From positions 1 through 48,263 of the forward strand of contig JBFFXR010000003.1 in the NCBI GenBank assembly GCA_041569645.1: 48,263 nt of DNA, written 5' to 3'. The stretch's first letter is position 1. Each line of letters opens with the position of its first letter. Origin of the DNA: Gammaproteobacteria bacterium. GTDB taxonomy: Bacteria > Pseudomonadota > Gammaproteobacteria > GCA-001735895. Made by a program: the position numbers and the translations under genes. This document shows positions 37,201-45,888 of the stretch, piece by piece. The notes beneath the pieces are model-generated. The model saw only the letters and a list, made by a program, of their open reading frames with translations. It ran no database searches and was not told where the DNA came from.

Positions 37201-37720
37201 GCTCTACGCCGAGTTGCTGGAACGCGCGGTGCAATCGCTGAAATCGGATTTGCCGATCGATTTCGACCGGCCGGTAATGCGCGCCTCGGAGGTCGATTTT
37301 CACGTGCCGGCGCTGATCCCGGAAAGCTACCTGCCCGACATCCACCGGCGCCTGATCGAGTACAAGCGCATCGCGTCGGTGCCCGACGAGGCGGCCCTGC
37401 GGCAAATCCAGATCGAGCTCATCGATCGCTACGGCCTGCTGCCAGAGCCGGCGAAGCACCTGTTCCGGATTACCCTTATCAAGCTCAAGACCGTCACGCT
37501 CGGCATCGACAAGATCGACGTCGGCGAGCAGCACGGCAAGATCGTGTTCAACTCCAGCCCCAATATCGACCCGTTGCGAATCATCGAGCTGATTCAACGC
37601 GACAGTGAACTTTATCGCTTTGACGGCAAACAGACCTTGCGTATCGTGTGCCAAAATGTTGAACTTGAGGCCCGTTTCAGGCAGGTCGAAAGCCTGCTCG
37701 ACTATCTGGGTAAAGCATGA
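34253..37720 (+). CDS. mfd: transcription-repair coupling factor (start codon uncertain; first canonical codon is TTG 34352)
   Basis: ETLPYD, VVHEDHGVGRY, CGDVGFGKTEV, DEEHRFGV, TATPIPRTL, QIRGRVGRS and DLEIRGAGE motifs. The N-terminal LGQLYGSS segment lies upstream of 34352. Confidence 0.93.
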   Translation, partial: VAGSRTTRFFAAPAPSIAQPLRLGQLYGSSRSLLLAEQVARHDGLAVIVCKDMADAEQLEREVRFFSPEVPAVYRFPDLETLPYDQFSPHQDIVSERIRCLATIGAAGKGMLILSIGTLLQKVTPPEFIAPRSFRLAAGERIDPGALRERLAQLGYRAVAQVEEHGEYSARGSILDLYPMGSRLPFRIDFFDDEVETIRSFDPETQLSIEKLERIDMLPAQEYPLDDDGIKRFRLRFRESFAIDPNTCPVYVDISEGRSSPGVEYYLPLFFDRLVSLFDYLPANSLLLIDEAAPAQAAAYAEQIENRYQSRRHNPEWPLLPPAELFLETAVLEARCKNFACLYFSEFKQDVDGAVDCETQPIPQLTLQPHADIPDAALREFIEKPEFEKILFSADSPGRREFLTDLLRQYGLYPSTVDGWAEFLARDDGRYFVTASPLEHGMTLAAHGFAIVAENQLFGERAVQRRRRRKYRRTRDAEATIQSLADLHPGAPVVHEDHGVGRYRGLTTLTVGGIETEFLAIEYAGEDKLYVPVSSLHLISRYAGASEENAPLHRLGGDGWARSRKKAQEKIYDVAVELLDIQARRAAQQGFAHEIALDEYYQFANEFPFEETPDQQTTIEAVIADMRAPQPMDRIVCGDVGFGKTEVCMRAAFVAASAGSQVAVLVPTTLLAQQHYQNFLDRFADWPIRICLLSRFTARRALDQALDEIRAGKIDIVIGTHKLLSDEIAYRQLGLVIIDEEHRFGVRHKEKLKALRANVDLLTMTATPIPRTLNMSLAGMRDLSIIATPPMERHAIKTFVSRWNRDAIVEGCQRELKRGGQIYFLHNEIRTIEKTAQEVQQLVPQARIGIVHGRMKEKDLERAMLDFYHHRCNLLVCTTIIESGIDVPTANTIFINRADKLGLAQLHQIRGRVGRSHHRAYAYLIVPPERSITPDAKKRLLAIESLEDLGVGFTLATHDLEIRGAGEILGEEQSGQIAEIGFTLYAELLERAVQSLKSDLPIDFDRPVMRASEVDFHVPALIPESYLPDIHRRLIEYKRIASVPDEAALRQIQIELIDRYGLLPEPAKHLFRITLIKLKTVTLGIDKIDVGEQHGKIVFNSSPNIDPLRIIELIQRDSELYRFDGKQTLRIVCQNVELEARFRQVESLLDYLGKA

Positions 37721-38613
37721 AGATCAAGCCACTTCTCGGAATTTTGTTGCTCATCGCCGCAGCCTTGCCGTTGCCGGCAATTCCCCAGGACAGCGACGCC
37801 GACGCCGCCGAGCCGCCGCCCCGTTACGATGTCGAGATCGTCGTCTTCAAGAATCTCCAGGTGCCGCAAAGCCGCGAATTCGTATTGCCGGTCACCGCGC
37901 CGGCGCGCGACGAGCGCATGCTCGATCTGGGCTCGGCGGAAAGCGCGGCGGCGGCCGCCAAACTGGGTTACGAAATCCTGCCGAGCAGCGAGTTTCGCCT
38001 GACCGACGAAGTCGCGCGGCTGGTCGAATCGCCCCGCTACGAGTTACTGGCACATGCGGCCTGGCGCCAGCCCGGGCTTGAACTCAAGCAAGCTATGCCG
38101 GTCTGGATTCGCGGAGGCACGATATTCGGCCAGGAATACCAGTCGATCGACAGCCGTCCCGGTTTGCTCGGCAGGCAGTCGGGCGCCGATGGGACCGACG
38201 GCGATGCGGGAAGTTTCTCATTCGACGCGCAGAGTCTCGAAACGCTGCAGCAGCAATTGCGCGAGCAGCAAGATCAGCAGCCGCACCGCGGGCTGCACGA
38301 ATTCGAAGGCAAAATCACGGTTGCGCTGTCGCGTTACCTGCACGCCTACGCCGATCTCGTGCTGCGCCGGCCCCGACTGGTCGAGGACGAGCCGCCGAGC
38401 AACCCGATCCAGAGCCAGTTTCTCGCCGCCCGCGCCGCCGACACGCGCATTCTGAACAATCATCGCCTGCGCGAGCACCGCCGCATGCGCAGCAAGCACC
38501 TGCACTACCTCGACAGCCCGGAATTCGCGCTGCTGATTCTGATCACTCCCTACGAAGCGCCCGAGGGCGCCGACGTGCTGCCCGCCGCGGGCGACACCGG
38601 CGCGAGCGGTTGA
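37717..38613 (+). CDS. csiV: CsiV-family exported peptidoglycan-binding protein
   Basis: Signal peptide. YDVEIVVF, LLAHAAWRQP, RYLH and RRMRS..LHYLDSP.F.LLI.ITP motifs. Overlaps the mfd stop, its usual position. Confidence 0.7.
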   Translation: MKIKPLLGILLLIAAALPLPAIPQDSDADAAEPPPRYDVEIVVFKNLQVPQSREFVLPVTAPARDERMLDLGSAESAAAAAKLGYEILPSSEFRLTDEVARLVESPRYELLAHAAWRQPGLELKQAMPVWIRGGTIFGQEYQSIDSRPGLLGRQSGADGTDGDAGSFSFDAQSLETLQQQLREQQDQQPHRGLHEFEGKITVALSRYLHAYADLVLRRPRLVEDEPPSNPIQSQFLAARAADTRILNNHRLREHRRMRSKHLHYLDSPEFALLILITPYEAPEGADVLPAAGDTGASG

Positions 38614-38691
38614 CGCCCATAGCCGCCACAGTCAGTCCATATGGCAAAGACCCCGCAAATCCCCGCAAGCCCGACCCGAGGAAGCGAACCC

Positions 38692-39360
38692 GTGAAACGA
38701 ATCCGCAGGCTGTTGATCCTGTTGCTGCTGGCACCGTCGACCGCGCTGGCGACGACCATGTACGTTACCGACGAATTCGAGGTCACGATGCGCAGCGGCA
38801 CGAGCACCTCCAACAGCATCGTCAAGATGCTCAAGAGCGGCGCGCCGGTCACCGTACTCGACGAAGATCTCGCATCGCAGTACTCGCTGGTCGAAGCCGA
38901 GGACGGTAAGCAGGGTTACGTGCTGAGCCGCTTCCTGATGGAGCGCCCCGCGGCGCGACAGTCACTCGAGGTTCTCGAACAAAAGTTTGCCGCGCAACAG
39001 GCCCGCGTCGACGCCCAGACTGACGAGATCCGTGGCCTCGAGGCCGAACTGGCGCAGGCCCGGGCGGACAACGAAGCGCTCAAGAACACGCTGCGCGCGT
39101 CCGAGCAGGAACTGTCGAGCGTGCGCAATGCCGCCGCCGAGACGCTCGAAATCCTCGAACAGAACAAGCAGTTGCAATCGGTCGTCGGCCAGTTGCAGCA
39201 GGAACAGTCGCGGCTGGTCGAGGAAAACAGCGAACTGCGCGATACGACCCGGATGGACTGGTTCATTCGCGGCGGCGCGGTCAGCCTGATCGCATTCGTG
39301 ATCGGCATCCTGGTCACGCGGATCCGCTGGCGCAAGCAGGATTCCTGGGGTTCGTACTAG
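38692..39360 (+). CDS. TIGR04211-type SH3-domain membrane protein (YgiM-like)
   Basis: Signal peptide, YVTDEFEVTMRSG, coiled coil, WFIRGG TM segment and RWRKQDSW tail. GTG start with GAGG SD; alternative ATG at 38641. Confidence 0.75.
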   Translation: MKRIRRLLILLLLAPSTALATTMYVTDEFEVTMRSGTSTSNSIVKMLKSGAPVTVLDEDLASQYSLVEAEDGKQGYVLSRFLMERPAARQSLEVLEQKFAAQQARVDAQTDEIRGLEAELAQARADNEALKNTLRASEQELSSVRNAAAETLEILEQNKQLQSVVGQLQQEQSRLVEENSELRDTTRMDWFIRGGAVSLIAFVIGILVTRIRWRKQDSWGSY

Positions 39361-39393
39361 CTCGAACAGGTCCGCGGACCAGCCGCCAACGAA

Positions 39394-40470
39394 TCAGGCG
39401 CTGTCGGCGAGCCGCAACGGGTTGTCGGCGTCGACGCCTTCCATGAAGGGTTTGCGGCGGTCGATGTTGGTCAACTGGTAAATCAGGCCAACCCAGTTGC
39501 CGATCACGACCCGCGCGGTATCCTGCCAGGTGTTTTTCAGCGCTCCCAGCACCAGGCTTTCCGGAAACTCGGGGACCTCGACGCGCCGCGCCAGCGCGTC
39601 CTCGACGCGGGCGCGATACTCGCGCAATATCGCGGCGTTGAACAGGCTGAAATAGTTTTGCGGCATCGGCGGATAACAGTTGAGCTTGCCCGCGATGAAT
39701 AGCTTGACGTCGCGCTTGTACTCCTTGAGCAACGACACGGTGTCGTACTCCGGGTGCCCCTGAAAGAACACCGTGCGAAAACCGTCAGGACTGGTGGCGA
39801 GGTGCACGCAGCCGTCGTCGCCGGTGACCAGAATCCTGAGACCCGCGGCACGAAACTGTTCCGGGTAGACGCTGTTCCAGCGCGAGTGGGGAACGTCGAA
39901 CTCGGAATTGATGTCGGCCACCAGCGGGTGCTCGGGTGCGACGACCTGGTGGCGGAACACCCCCCATTTCTTCTGCGGCTGTTTTTCACGCTTCTGGCCG
40001 TAACGAAAATCGAGCACCGCGTGGGTCGCCAGGCACGAGCATAGCGTCGACGTGACGTTGGCATGCGCCCACTCGGCGACTTCGATCAGCGAGTCCCAGA
40101 ACACTTCCTTCGACAGGTCGGCGCCGATGACATTGATGCCGGTCATGATCAGCGCGTCCAGCCCCTGCGCCCTGACCTGCTCGAAACTCTCGTAATAGCG
40201 ATCGATGTGGGCGCGCGCGGTCGACGAACGCGGCAGCGCGTCGAGCGTGAACGGGTGGACGAAAAACTGTGCGATCGGGTTGCTCTCGCCGATCAGGCGC
40301 AAAAACTGGCGCTCGGTCGCCTCGAGCGCCGCGTCCGGCATCATGTTGAGCAGGCCGATGTGCAGTTCGCGAATGTCCTGTCCGAACGCGATGCCCGGCG
40401 GCATCACGCGCAGGCCGTCGCGCTCGAGCTTGGCGAAGGCCGGTAATTCGTTGTGTGCGACCAGCGGCAT
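39394..40470 (-). CDS. metA: homoserine O-succinyl/acetyltransferase (MetA family)
   Basis: LHIGLLNMMPD, ATERQF, DALIMTG, catalytic Cys in STLCSCLA, PHSRWN and QGHPEYD motifs. Confidence 0.88.
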   Translation of the reverse strand: MPLVAHNELPAFAKLERDGLRVMPPGIAFGQDIRELHIGLLNMMPDAALEATERQFLRLIGESNPIAQFFVHPFTLDALPRSSTARAHIDRYYESFEQVRAQGLDALIMTGINVIGADLSKEVFWDSLIEVAEWAHANVTSTLCSCLATHAVLDFRYGQKREKQPQKKWGVFRHQVVAPEHPLVADINSEFDVPHSRWNSVYPEQFRAAGLRILVTGDDGCVHLATSPDGFRTVFFQGHPEYDTVSLLKEYKRDVKLFIAGKLNCYPPMPQNYFSLFNAAILREYRARVEDALARRVEVPEFPESLVLGALKNTWQDTARVVIGNWVGLIYQLTNIDRRKPFMEGVDADNPLRLADSA

Positions 40471-41324
40471 CAGGCGGCTTCCTGCTGGCGCGCGATCGCG
40501 AGTTCGAGCAGATTCAGGAATTCCGCGCTCGACCGAACCTGGTCGACCTCTTCGGAAGTGACCGTATAGCCGAACTGCGCGATCGCGTCGTAGCGCGGCA
40601 ATCGTGAATGAAACAGACGCGGAAATACCCAGCGGGCGAATTCGTCGGGATCGATCTGGGCGACATATTCGAGGCCGGTTTCGTGAAAATAGAGCTGCAG
40701 ATGCTCGTGCAGAAACTCGGGTCGATAGTACAGCGGCTTGGGATCGTCGACGGCGCGCTCGATCAGCACGTCTTCCTGCTGCTTGTTGGTCACCTGGATG
40801 TAAAGGATTAGCGTATTTTCGACGAGAATGTCCATCACCCCGGGTTCATCGAGCTCGCAGAGACTGCCGCCGACGTCGTTGACGAAATGAGGGTAACCGT
40901 AAATTTCGCGAGCCTTCTCGATGAAGTGCGGGATGTCGAACATCGCATCGACCTCGGCCTGGCGGTAAATCGCCTGCCGTTCGACGAAATCGCCGAGTTC
41001 GACACCGCCGAGTTCGGGATTGCCGAGCTTGCCGACGAAACTCAGCACCGGTCCCAGGTCGTTGACGCGGATATTGTTCTTGATGTAGATCCAGTCCTTG
41101 CGCAGCAATTCCTTCAGGAACGGCACCTTGATCGCCTGGTGCTTGATCATGTCGATAATGTGCTCGCCGAGATAGCGCGTACCTATGCGATAGTCGCCCG
41201 AGTAGTGAAACCAGTCGTCGCCGCGCAACTTGGCCGACAGGAAGGACTTGCCGACCCCGGACATGCCCACCAGAGTGACGCACTTGTTTTCCCAGGCACG
41301 AAACTGTTCGACACTGAATTTCAA
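40470..41324 (-). CDS. uncharacterised P-loop ATPase/kinase
   Basis: Walker A GMSGVGKS. HYSGDYRIGTRYL, NDVGGSLCE and PKPLYY motifs. TTG start with GGAG SD. TGATG overlap with metA. Confidence 0.7.
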   Translation of the reverse strand: MKFSVEQFRAWENKCVTLVGMSGVGKSFLSAKLRGDDWFHYSGDYRIGTRYLGEHIIDMIKHQAIKVPFLKELLRKDWIYIKNNIRVNDLGPVLSFVGKLGNPELGGVELGDFVERQAIYRQAEVDAMFDIPHFIEKAREIYGYPHFVNDVGGSLCELDEPGVMDILVENTLILYIQVTNKQQEDVLIERAVDDPKPLYYRPEFLHEHLQLYFHETGLEYVAQIDPDEFARWVFPRLFHSRLPRYDAIAQFGYTVTSEEVDQVRSSAEFLNLLELAIARQQEAA

Positions 41325-41405
41325 ACTACCGGCTCCATCATTCGCTCGGGACCAGATTATGCATGATCGCTTGCGCTGGTGAAACCGCGATAAGTCGCAA
41401 ATCGC

Positions 41406-41433
41406 TTTACCCGAATTGCGCAAACTCTATAAT
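41406..41433 (+). promoter_or_regulatory. candidate sigma70 promoter for the EamA pair
   Basis: TTTACC, 16-nt spacer, then a perfect TATAAT at 41428-41433. Confidence 0.45.
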
Positions 41434-41441
41434 CCGGGATC

Positions 41442-42461
41442 ATGTGCGCGGCGCGCGGCCGCGTCGGCGAAAATGCCAACGACATCCCGGATCCCGCGGC
41501 CGCTTGCAGCCGACACCCGACCCGTTCGATCATCCAACCGAAGGAGCCAGCGATCGCCAGCAACCCCTACCCGCTCGCCTCGACGCAGGCCGACAACCCG
41601 CTGCTGGGTTTCGGCGCGATGCTGGGCAGCATCTTGCTGTTCACGCTGATGGACGCGAGCGTCAAATGGCTGGGCGCGAGCTATCCGACGGCGCAAATCA
41701 TGTTTTTTCGCTGCGCGGTCGCGCTCGTGCCGGTGCTGGTCATCATCCGCCTGCGCGGCGGCCCAAACGTCCTCAGGACCCGGCACAGGCGCCTGCACCT
41801 GCTGCGCAGCCTGCTCGGGATCGCCGCGATGGGCTTCGCGTTCTACGCGTTTTCGCTGATGCCGCTGGCCGATGGGATTGCGATTTTGCATTCCGCACCG
41901 CTGTTCATGACCGCGCTGTCGGTCCTGTTGCTGCGCGAGCGGGTCGGTATTCGCCGCTGGTCGGCCGTGATCGTCGGCTTCGTCGGCATGCTGATCGTCG
42001 TGCGCCCGGGCGCCGGCATGCTCGACAGCGGCGGCCTTTACATGCTGGCGGCAGCCTTTCTGATCGGCTGCACGACGATCGTCATTCGTTATCTGGGGCG
42101 CATCGACGACCCGGTCTGCATCACGTTTTACTTTACGCTGACCGGCGTCGTCGTCAGCTCGATCGGATTTCTGCTGCAGGGCTGGGTCGCGCCACCGCCG
42201 ACCGATCTCGCGCTGCTGGCGGCGGTCGGCCTGCTCGGCGGCCTCGGGCAGTACTGCATGACGCTCAGCTACCGCCACGTCGCGGTCGGCATCGTTGCGC
42301 CGTGCAAGTACCTGACCATCGTGTTCGGCGGCCTGCTCGCCTATCTGGTCTGGGGCGAGGTGCCCGACCTGCAAAGCCTGTTCGGTATCGGTCTGATTGT
42401 TCTGGCCGGGCTCTACACGCTGCACCGGGAACTGATTCCCGGCGTCGATCCGCGGCCGTGA
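41442..42461 (+). CDS. DMT/EamA family transporter (start uncertain)
   Basis: Ten TM segments. MDASVKWL, QIMFFR, APLFMTALS.LLLRERVG.RRW and VWGEVP motifs. Confidence 0.8.
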   Translation: MCAARGRVGENANDIPDPAAACSRHPTRSIIQPKEPAIASNPYPLASTQADNPLLGFGAMLGSILLFTLMDASVKWLGASYPTAQIMFFRCAVALVPVLVIIRLRGGPNVLRTRHRRLHLLRSLLGIAAMGFAFYAFSLMPLADGIAILHSAPLFMTALSVLLLRERVGIRRWSAVIVGFVGMLIVVRPGAGMLDSGGLYMLAAAFLIGCTTIVIRYLGRIDDPVCITFYFTLTGVVVSSIGFLLQGWVAPPPTDLALLAAVGLLGGLGQYCMTLSYRHVAVGIVAPCKYLTIVFGGLLAYLVWGEVPDLQSLFGIGLIVLAGLYTLHRELIPGVDPRP

Positions 42462-43354
42462 ACGAAACCCGCCAATGGCGCGCCTACGGCATGCTGATCG
42501 TGACGACCTGGTGCTGGGGTCTCAACGCGATCATCAGCCGCATGGCGGTCGGCGAGATCACGCCGATGCAGCTGGTCGCGTTTCGCTGGCTCGGCGTTTT
42601 GAGCCTGCTGCTGATCTTTGCCCGCGGCCACCTGGCGCGCGATTGGCCGCTGCTGCGCCCTCAACTGCCGTTTCTGTTCCTGATGGGCGCGCTCGGCTTC
42701 ACCGCGTTCAACGCATTGTTCTACCACGCCGGCCATCACACCAGCGCGATCAATATCGGCATTCTACAGGGCTCGATTCCGATCTTCGTCCTGCTCGGCA
42801 GCATCGTCGTGCTCGGTCACCGGATCGGCGCGGTGCAGTGGGCCGGCGTCGGCGTAACGCTGCTCGGCGTCGCCCTCGTCGCAACCGCGGGCGATCTCGC
42901 CGAACTCGGTAATCTCGCCGTCAACCGCGGCGACGGCTTCATGCTGATCGCGTGCTTTTTCTACGCCGCCTACTCAATCGGCCTGACTCGCCGGCCCAAG
43001 GTCAGCGCGCTCGGCCTGTTTGCGGTCATGGCGATTGCCGCGTGGCTGGTGTCGCTGCCGCTGATCGGCTTCGAAACCTGGCAGCAGGGCTGGCAGGCGC
43101 CGACGCCGAAGGGCTGGCTACTGGTCGCGCTGGTCACGCTGCTGCCATCGCTGATCGCGCAACTGTTTTTCATCAACGGGGTCGCATTGATCGGTCCCGG
43201 TCGTGCCGGCGTGTTCGTCAACCTCGTGCCGGTGTTCGCCGCGCTGATGGCGGTGTTTCTGCTCGGCGAGCGTTTCGAGCTCTACCACGCACTCGCGCTG
43301 ACGCTGGTGCTTGGCGGCATCGCGCTGTCCGAGACCGGCAAGGCGCGTCGCTGA
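42458..43354 (+). CDS. DMT/EamA family transporter
   Basis: Ten TM segments. WGLNAIISR, TSAINIGIL and IGPGRAGVFVNLVPVF...LLGE motifs. GTGA overlap with the upstream EamA gene. Confidence 0.82.
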   Translation: MNETRQWRAYGMLIVTTWCWGLNAIISRMAVGEITPMQLVAFRWLGVLSLLLIFARGHLARDWPLLRPQLPFLFLMGALGFTAFNALFYHAGHHTSAINIGILQGSIPIFVLLGSIVVLGHRIGAVQWAGVGVTLLGVALVATAGDLAELGNLAVNRGDGFMLIACFFYAAYSIGLTRRPKVSALGLFAVMAIAAWLVSLPLIGFETWQQGWQAPTPKGWLLVALVTLLPSLIAQLFFINGVALIGPGRAGVFVNLVPVFAALMAVFLLGERFELYHALALTLVLGGIALSETGKARR

Positions 43355-43358
43355 GGCG

Positions 43359-44255
43359 CTATTCGTCGGCGCCGATTTCCATCGCCACCATGCCCAGCGA
43401 TTCCATGACTTCGAAGACGAGATTGTCGGCATGTTGGCAGGCCGAGGCAATCTGTCCGAGATCGAACGGCTGCATGTCCCAGTTGGCGATGTCGGCGAGG
43501 ATGTCGCGGGTCTCGTCGTCGTCCAGCGGCGGCACGTAGTGACTGAGCTGGTTGGCGAGATAGACGAGATGAGTCGCGTGGCGATGCGGGCCGTCGTGCA
43601 CCGGCTCGTGGTGGCAACGCGCGCAATCGACGAGCAGCGCCGGCAAACCCCAGTGGCCCATCAGCGCTTCGCCGACCGCGGTGTGGGTCAGACCGATCAG
43701 TTGCAATTCGGCGCCCAGGATGTCGACGCGCTGGCGAATCATGTACTCCTCGACCGCGAGCATGCGATCCGGCACGCTGCTGGACAGCAGCAGGCGGCCG
43801 ATATCGTGCAACAGGCCGGCAGTAAACATCGCTTCCGGTTCGGCGATCGCGTCGACGTGCCGCGCCAGCTCGCGGGCGATGATTGCGGTCTTGATGCTGT
43901 GTTGCCAGAAAGCCTGCATCGAAAAGGCCGGGTTGTCCTGGCCGCCGAACACGCCGCGTAACACCGAGCCAATCAGGATATGCTTGAGACGTTCGCGGCC
44001 GAGCAGCGATATCGCCTGGTCGACCGACGATACCTGGTTGGGCAGCCCGTAATACGCGCTGTTGACCATTTTCAACACGCGCGTCGTGATCGCCGGGTCG
44101 GTTTGCACCGTGCCGCCGATCTGCTGCACGGTCGTCGTTTCGTCCTCGAGCTGTTGCGATACCCGTAAATAGATCTCGGGCAGGCTCGGCAATTCCTGGT
44201 TGCCGCCCAGCAGCTCATCGAGGGTCAGAGGTTGCTCTAGCGCGAGCGATTCCAT
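43359..44255 (-). CDS. HDOD-domain protein
   Basis: LPSLP, DPAITTRVLKMVNSAYYG, AISLLG, FWQHS, AGLLHDIG, HWGLP and HHEP motifs. Confidence 0.85.
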   Translation of the reverse strand: MESLALEQPLTLDELLGGNQELPSLPEIYLRVSQQLEDETTTVQQIGGTVQTDPAITTRVLKMVNSAYYGLPNQVSSVDQAISLLGRERLKHILIGSVLRGVFGGQDNPAFSMQAFWQHSIKTAIIARELARHVDAIAEPEAMFTAGLLHDIGRLLLSSSVPDRMLAVEEYMIRQRVDILGAELQLIGLTHTAVGEALMGHWGLPALLVDCARCHHEPVHDGPHRHATHLVYLANQLSHYVPPLDDDETRDILADIANWDMQPFDLGQIASACQHADNLVFEVMESLGMVAMEIGADE

Positions 44256-44349
44256 GTCGTGCCTCCGCCGTTGATGCCGGAATCACTGAGCATAGCAGAG
44301 ATATTTTGCCTGACAGCGCCGGATATCTGACGCTCGTTCGGGATCGCGC

Positions 44350-45831
44350 TCAGGCGGCGCGCGGCAGCGTGAAGTGGAAGTCGCTGCCCTGGCCCTCGCC
44401 GGCCGATTCGACCCAGATCCGGCCGCCGTGACGGTCGATGATGCGCTTGACGATCGCCAGCCCGATTCCGGTGCCCGGGGTTCGGGTATCGAGTCGCTCG
44501 AACAGGTTGAAGACCCGGTCGCAGTACTCGGGGTCGATGCCGATGCCGTTGTCCCTGACGTAGCACTCGACCCAGTCGCCGTTCGCGCGCGCGCCGATTT
44601 CGATCAGCGGCTTGCGCTGATCGCCCATGAACTTGGCGGCGTTGGCGATCAGGTTCTGGAAGACCTCGGTCAGGCGTTGCGGCTCGCCCTCGACCGCCGG
44701 CAAATCGGGTTCGTACTGGACGATGACGCCGCCGTCGCTGATTTCGCGCTGCACCAGCGACATCGCGCCGGCGACGACCTCGCCGAGCGGCACCCGCTGC
44801 ATCGATTCCGACGCCAGGCTGACCTTGCTGAGGCTCAGGATATCCTCGAGCAAATCGCTCATCGTGTTGACCGCCTCCTTGATCTTGTCGAGATCGGCGA
44901 GCATGTTGCCGGTATGGCCCTTTTTCGCGTCGCGCTCGAGAAAGCCGGTGTAACCCTGGATCGTGTAAAGCGGGCTCTTGAGGTCGTGCGAAATCGTGTA
45001 GGCATAGCGCTCAAGCTCTTCATTGCGATTTTCGAGATCGGCGAGCAGATCTTCGCGCTCGGCCTCGACCGATTCGCGGTAGATGACCTCGTCGCGCAGC
45101 GCCTCGCTGTCGCGCTTGCTTTGCTCGAGCGCCGATATCGTGCGCAACAGGTTGCCGTGACGATTGCGCAGTTGGACCAGCAAAATCAGAAAGATTATCA
45201 GTGTACCGAGCAGCGTACCGCCCAGCGTCAGGTGAATCGCGACCCGGGTATCGGCGCTTTGTGCCTCGCGCACATCGACCACCCAGCTGCGATTGAGGTG
45301 CACGTCGACCGCGTAGCGATGTATCGGGCCGGCGAGCGCGCGGTAACGCTCGAGGAATTCCGCGTCCAGCGGCCGGCCGGCCGGCACCGCGTCGAACAGG
45401 TGTTGCTCGTATTCGCGCAGCAATGCCAGCGTCGCCGGTACGACTTCGCCATGCGATTCGATCTGCACGAGCGGTTCGGCGTTGACGCCCCGCTGCAGAA
45501 GCTCGATGCGGCTCCAGAAGACGTCGAACTGGGTCAGCAACGTATCCGCGTCGATCGCGTCGGCATCGAGCTGATATTGTCGCAGTTGGTTGTCGAGCTT
45601 CAGATATTCGCGCTCGAAGGATACGACCAGCCAGACCGTCGCCTGCGAGCTGCTCGCGGCGACCTCGGTCTCGTCGCGCAATTTGTAGATGCCGTAGACC
45701 GACGCCGCGGTGAACAACACGACGGCGAGGATCAACAGCGCGTAGGTCCAGATCATGACCGCGCCGCCGCCGGGCTCGCGCGGCGGGCTCGATTTCAGTT
45801 CGGCGCTTCGGGTAGCCATGCGCGACGGCAT
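44350..45831 (-). CDS. membrane sensor histidine kinase with DcpA-like periplasmic domain
   Basis: Two TM segments flank a periplasmic domain of about 140 aa. H-box SHDLKSPL, NLIANAAKF, DNGIGI and GTGIGL motifs. The true start may be 45819 or 45756. Confidence 0.85.
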   Translation of the reverse strand: MPSRMATRSAELKSSPPREPGGGAVMIWTYALLILAVVLFTAASVYGIYKLRDETEVAASSSQATVWLVVSFEREYLKLDNQLRQYQLDADAIDADTLLTQFDVFWSRIELLQRGVNAEPLVQIESHGEVVPATLALLREYEQHLFDAVPAGRPLDAEFLERYRALAGPIHRYAVDVHLNRSWVVDVREAQSADTRVAIHLTLGGTLLGTLIIFLILLVQLRNRHGNLLRTISALEQSKRDSEALRDEVIYRESVEAEREDLLADLENRNEELERYAYTISHDLKSPLYTIQGYTGFLERDAKKGHTGNMLADLDKIKEAVNTMSDLLEDILSLSKVSLASESMQRVPLGEVVAGAMSLVQREISDGGVIVQYEPDLPAVEGEPQRLTEVFQNLIANAAKFMGDQRKPLIEIGARANGDWVECYVRDNGIGIDPEYCDRVFNLFERLDTRTPGTGIGLAIVKRIIDRHGGRIWVESAGEGQGSDFHFTLPRAA

Positions 45832-45888
45832 ATCAGCAGCCAGGCGCGGCGTATGGCGGCAATGCAGCGGCCGCGCGGTGATCGGGAG

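Noticed and set aside
33590-37720. Rhodanese-Mfd read-through fusion protein
   Set aside because: The frames are contiguous, but TAA is rarely read through, and an exported rhodanese fused to cytoplasmic Mfd is topologically implausible.
41363-43354. 663-aa ORF suggesting a large transporter fusion
   Set aside because: The N-terminal 365 aa are an Arg/Ala-rich alternative frame over the first EamA gene. The real gene starts at GTG 42458.
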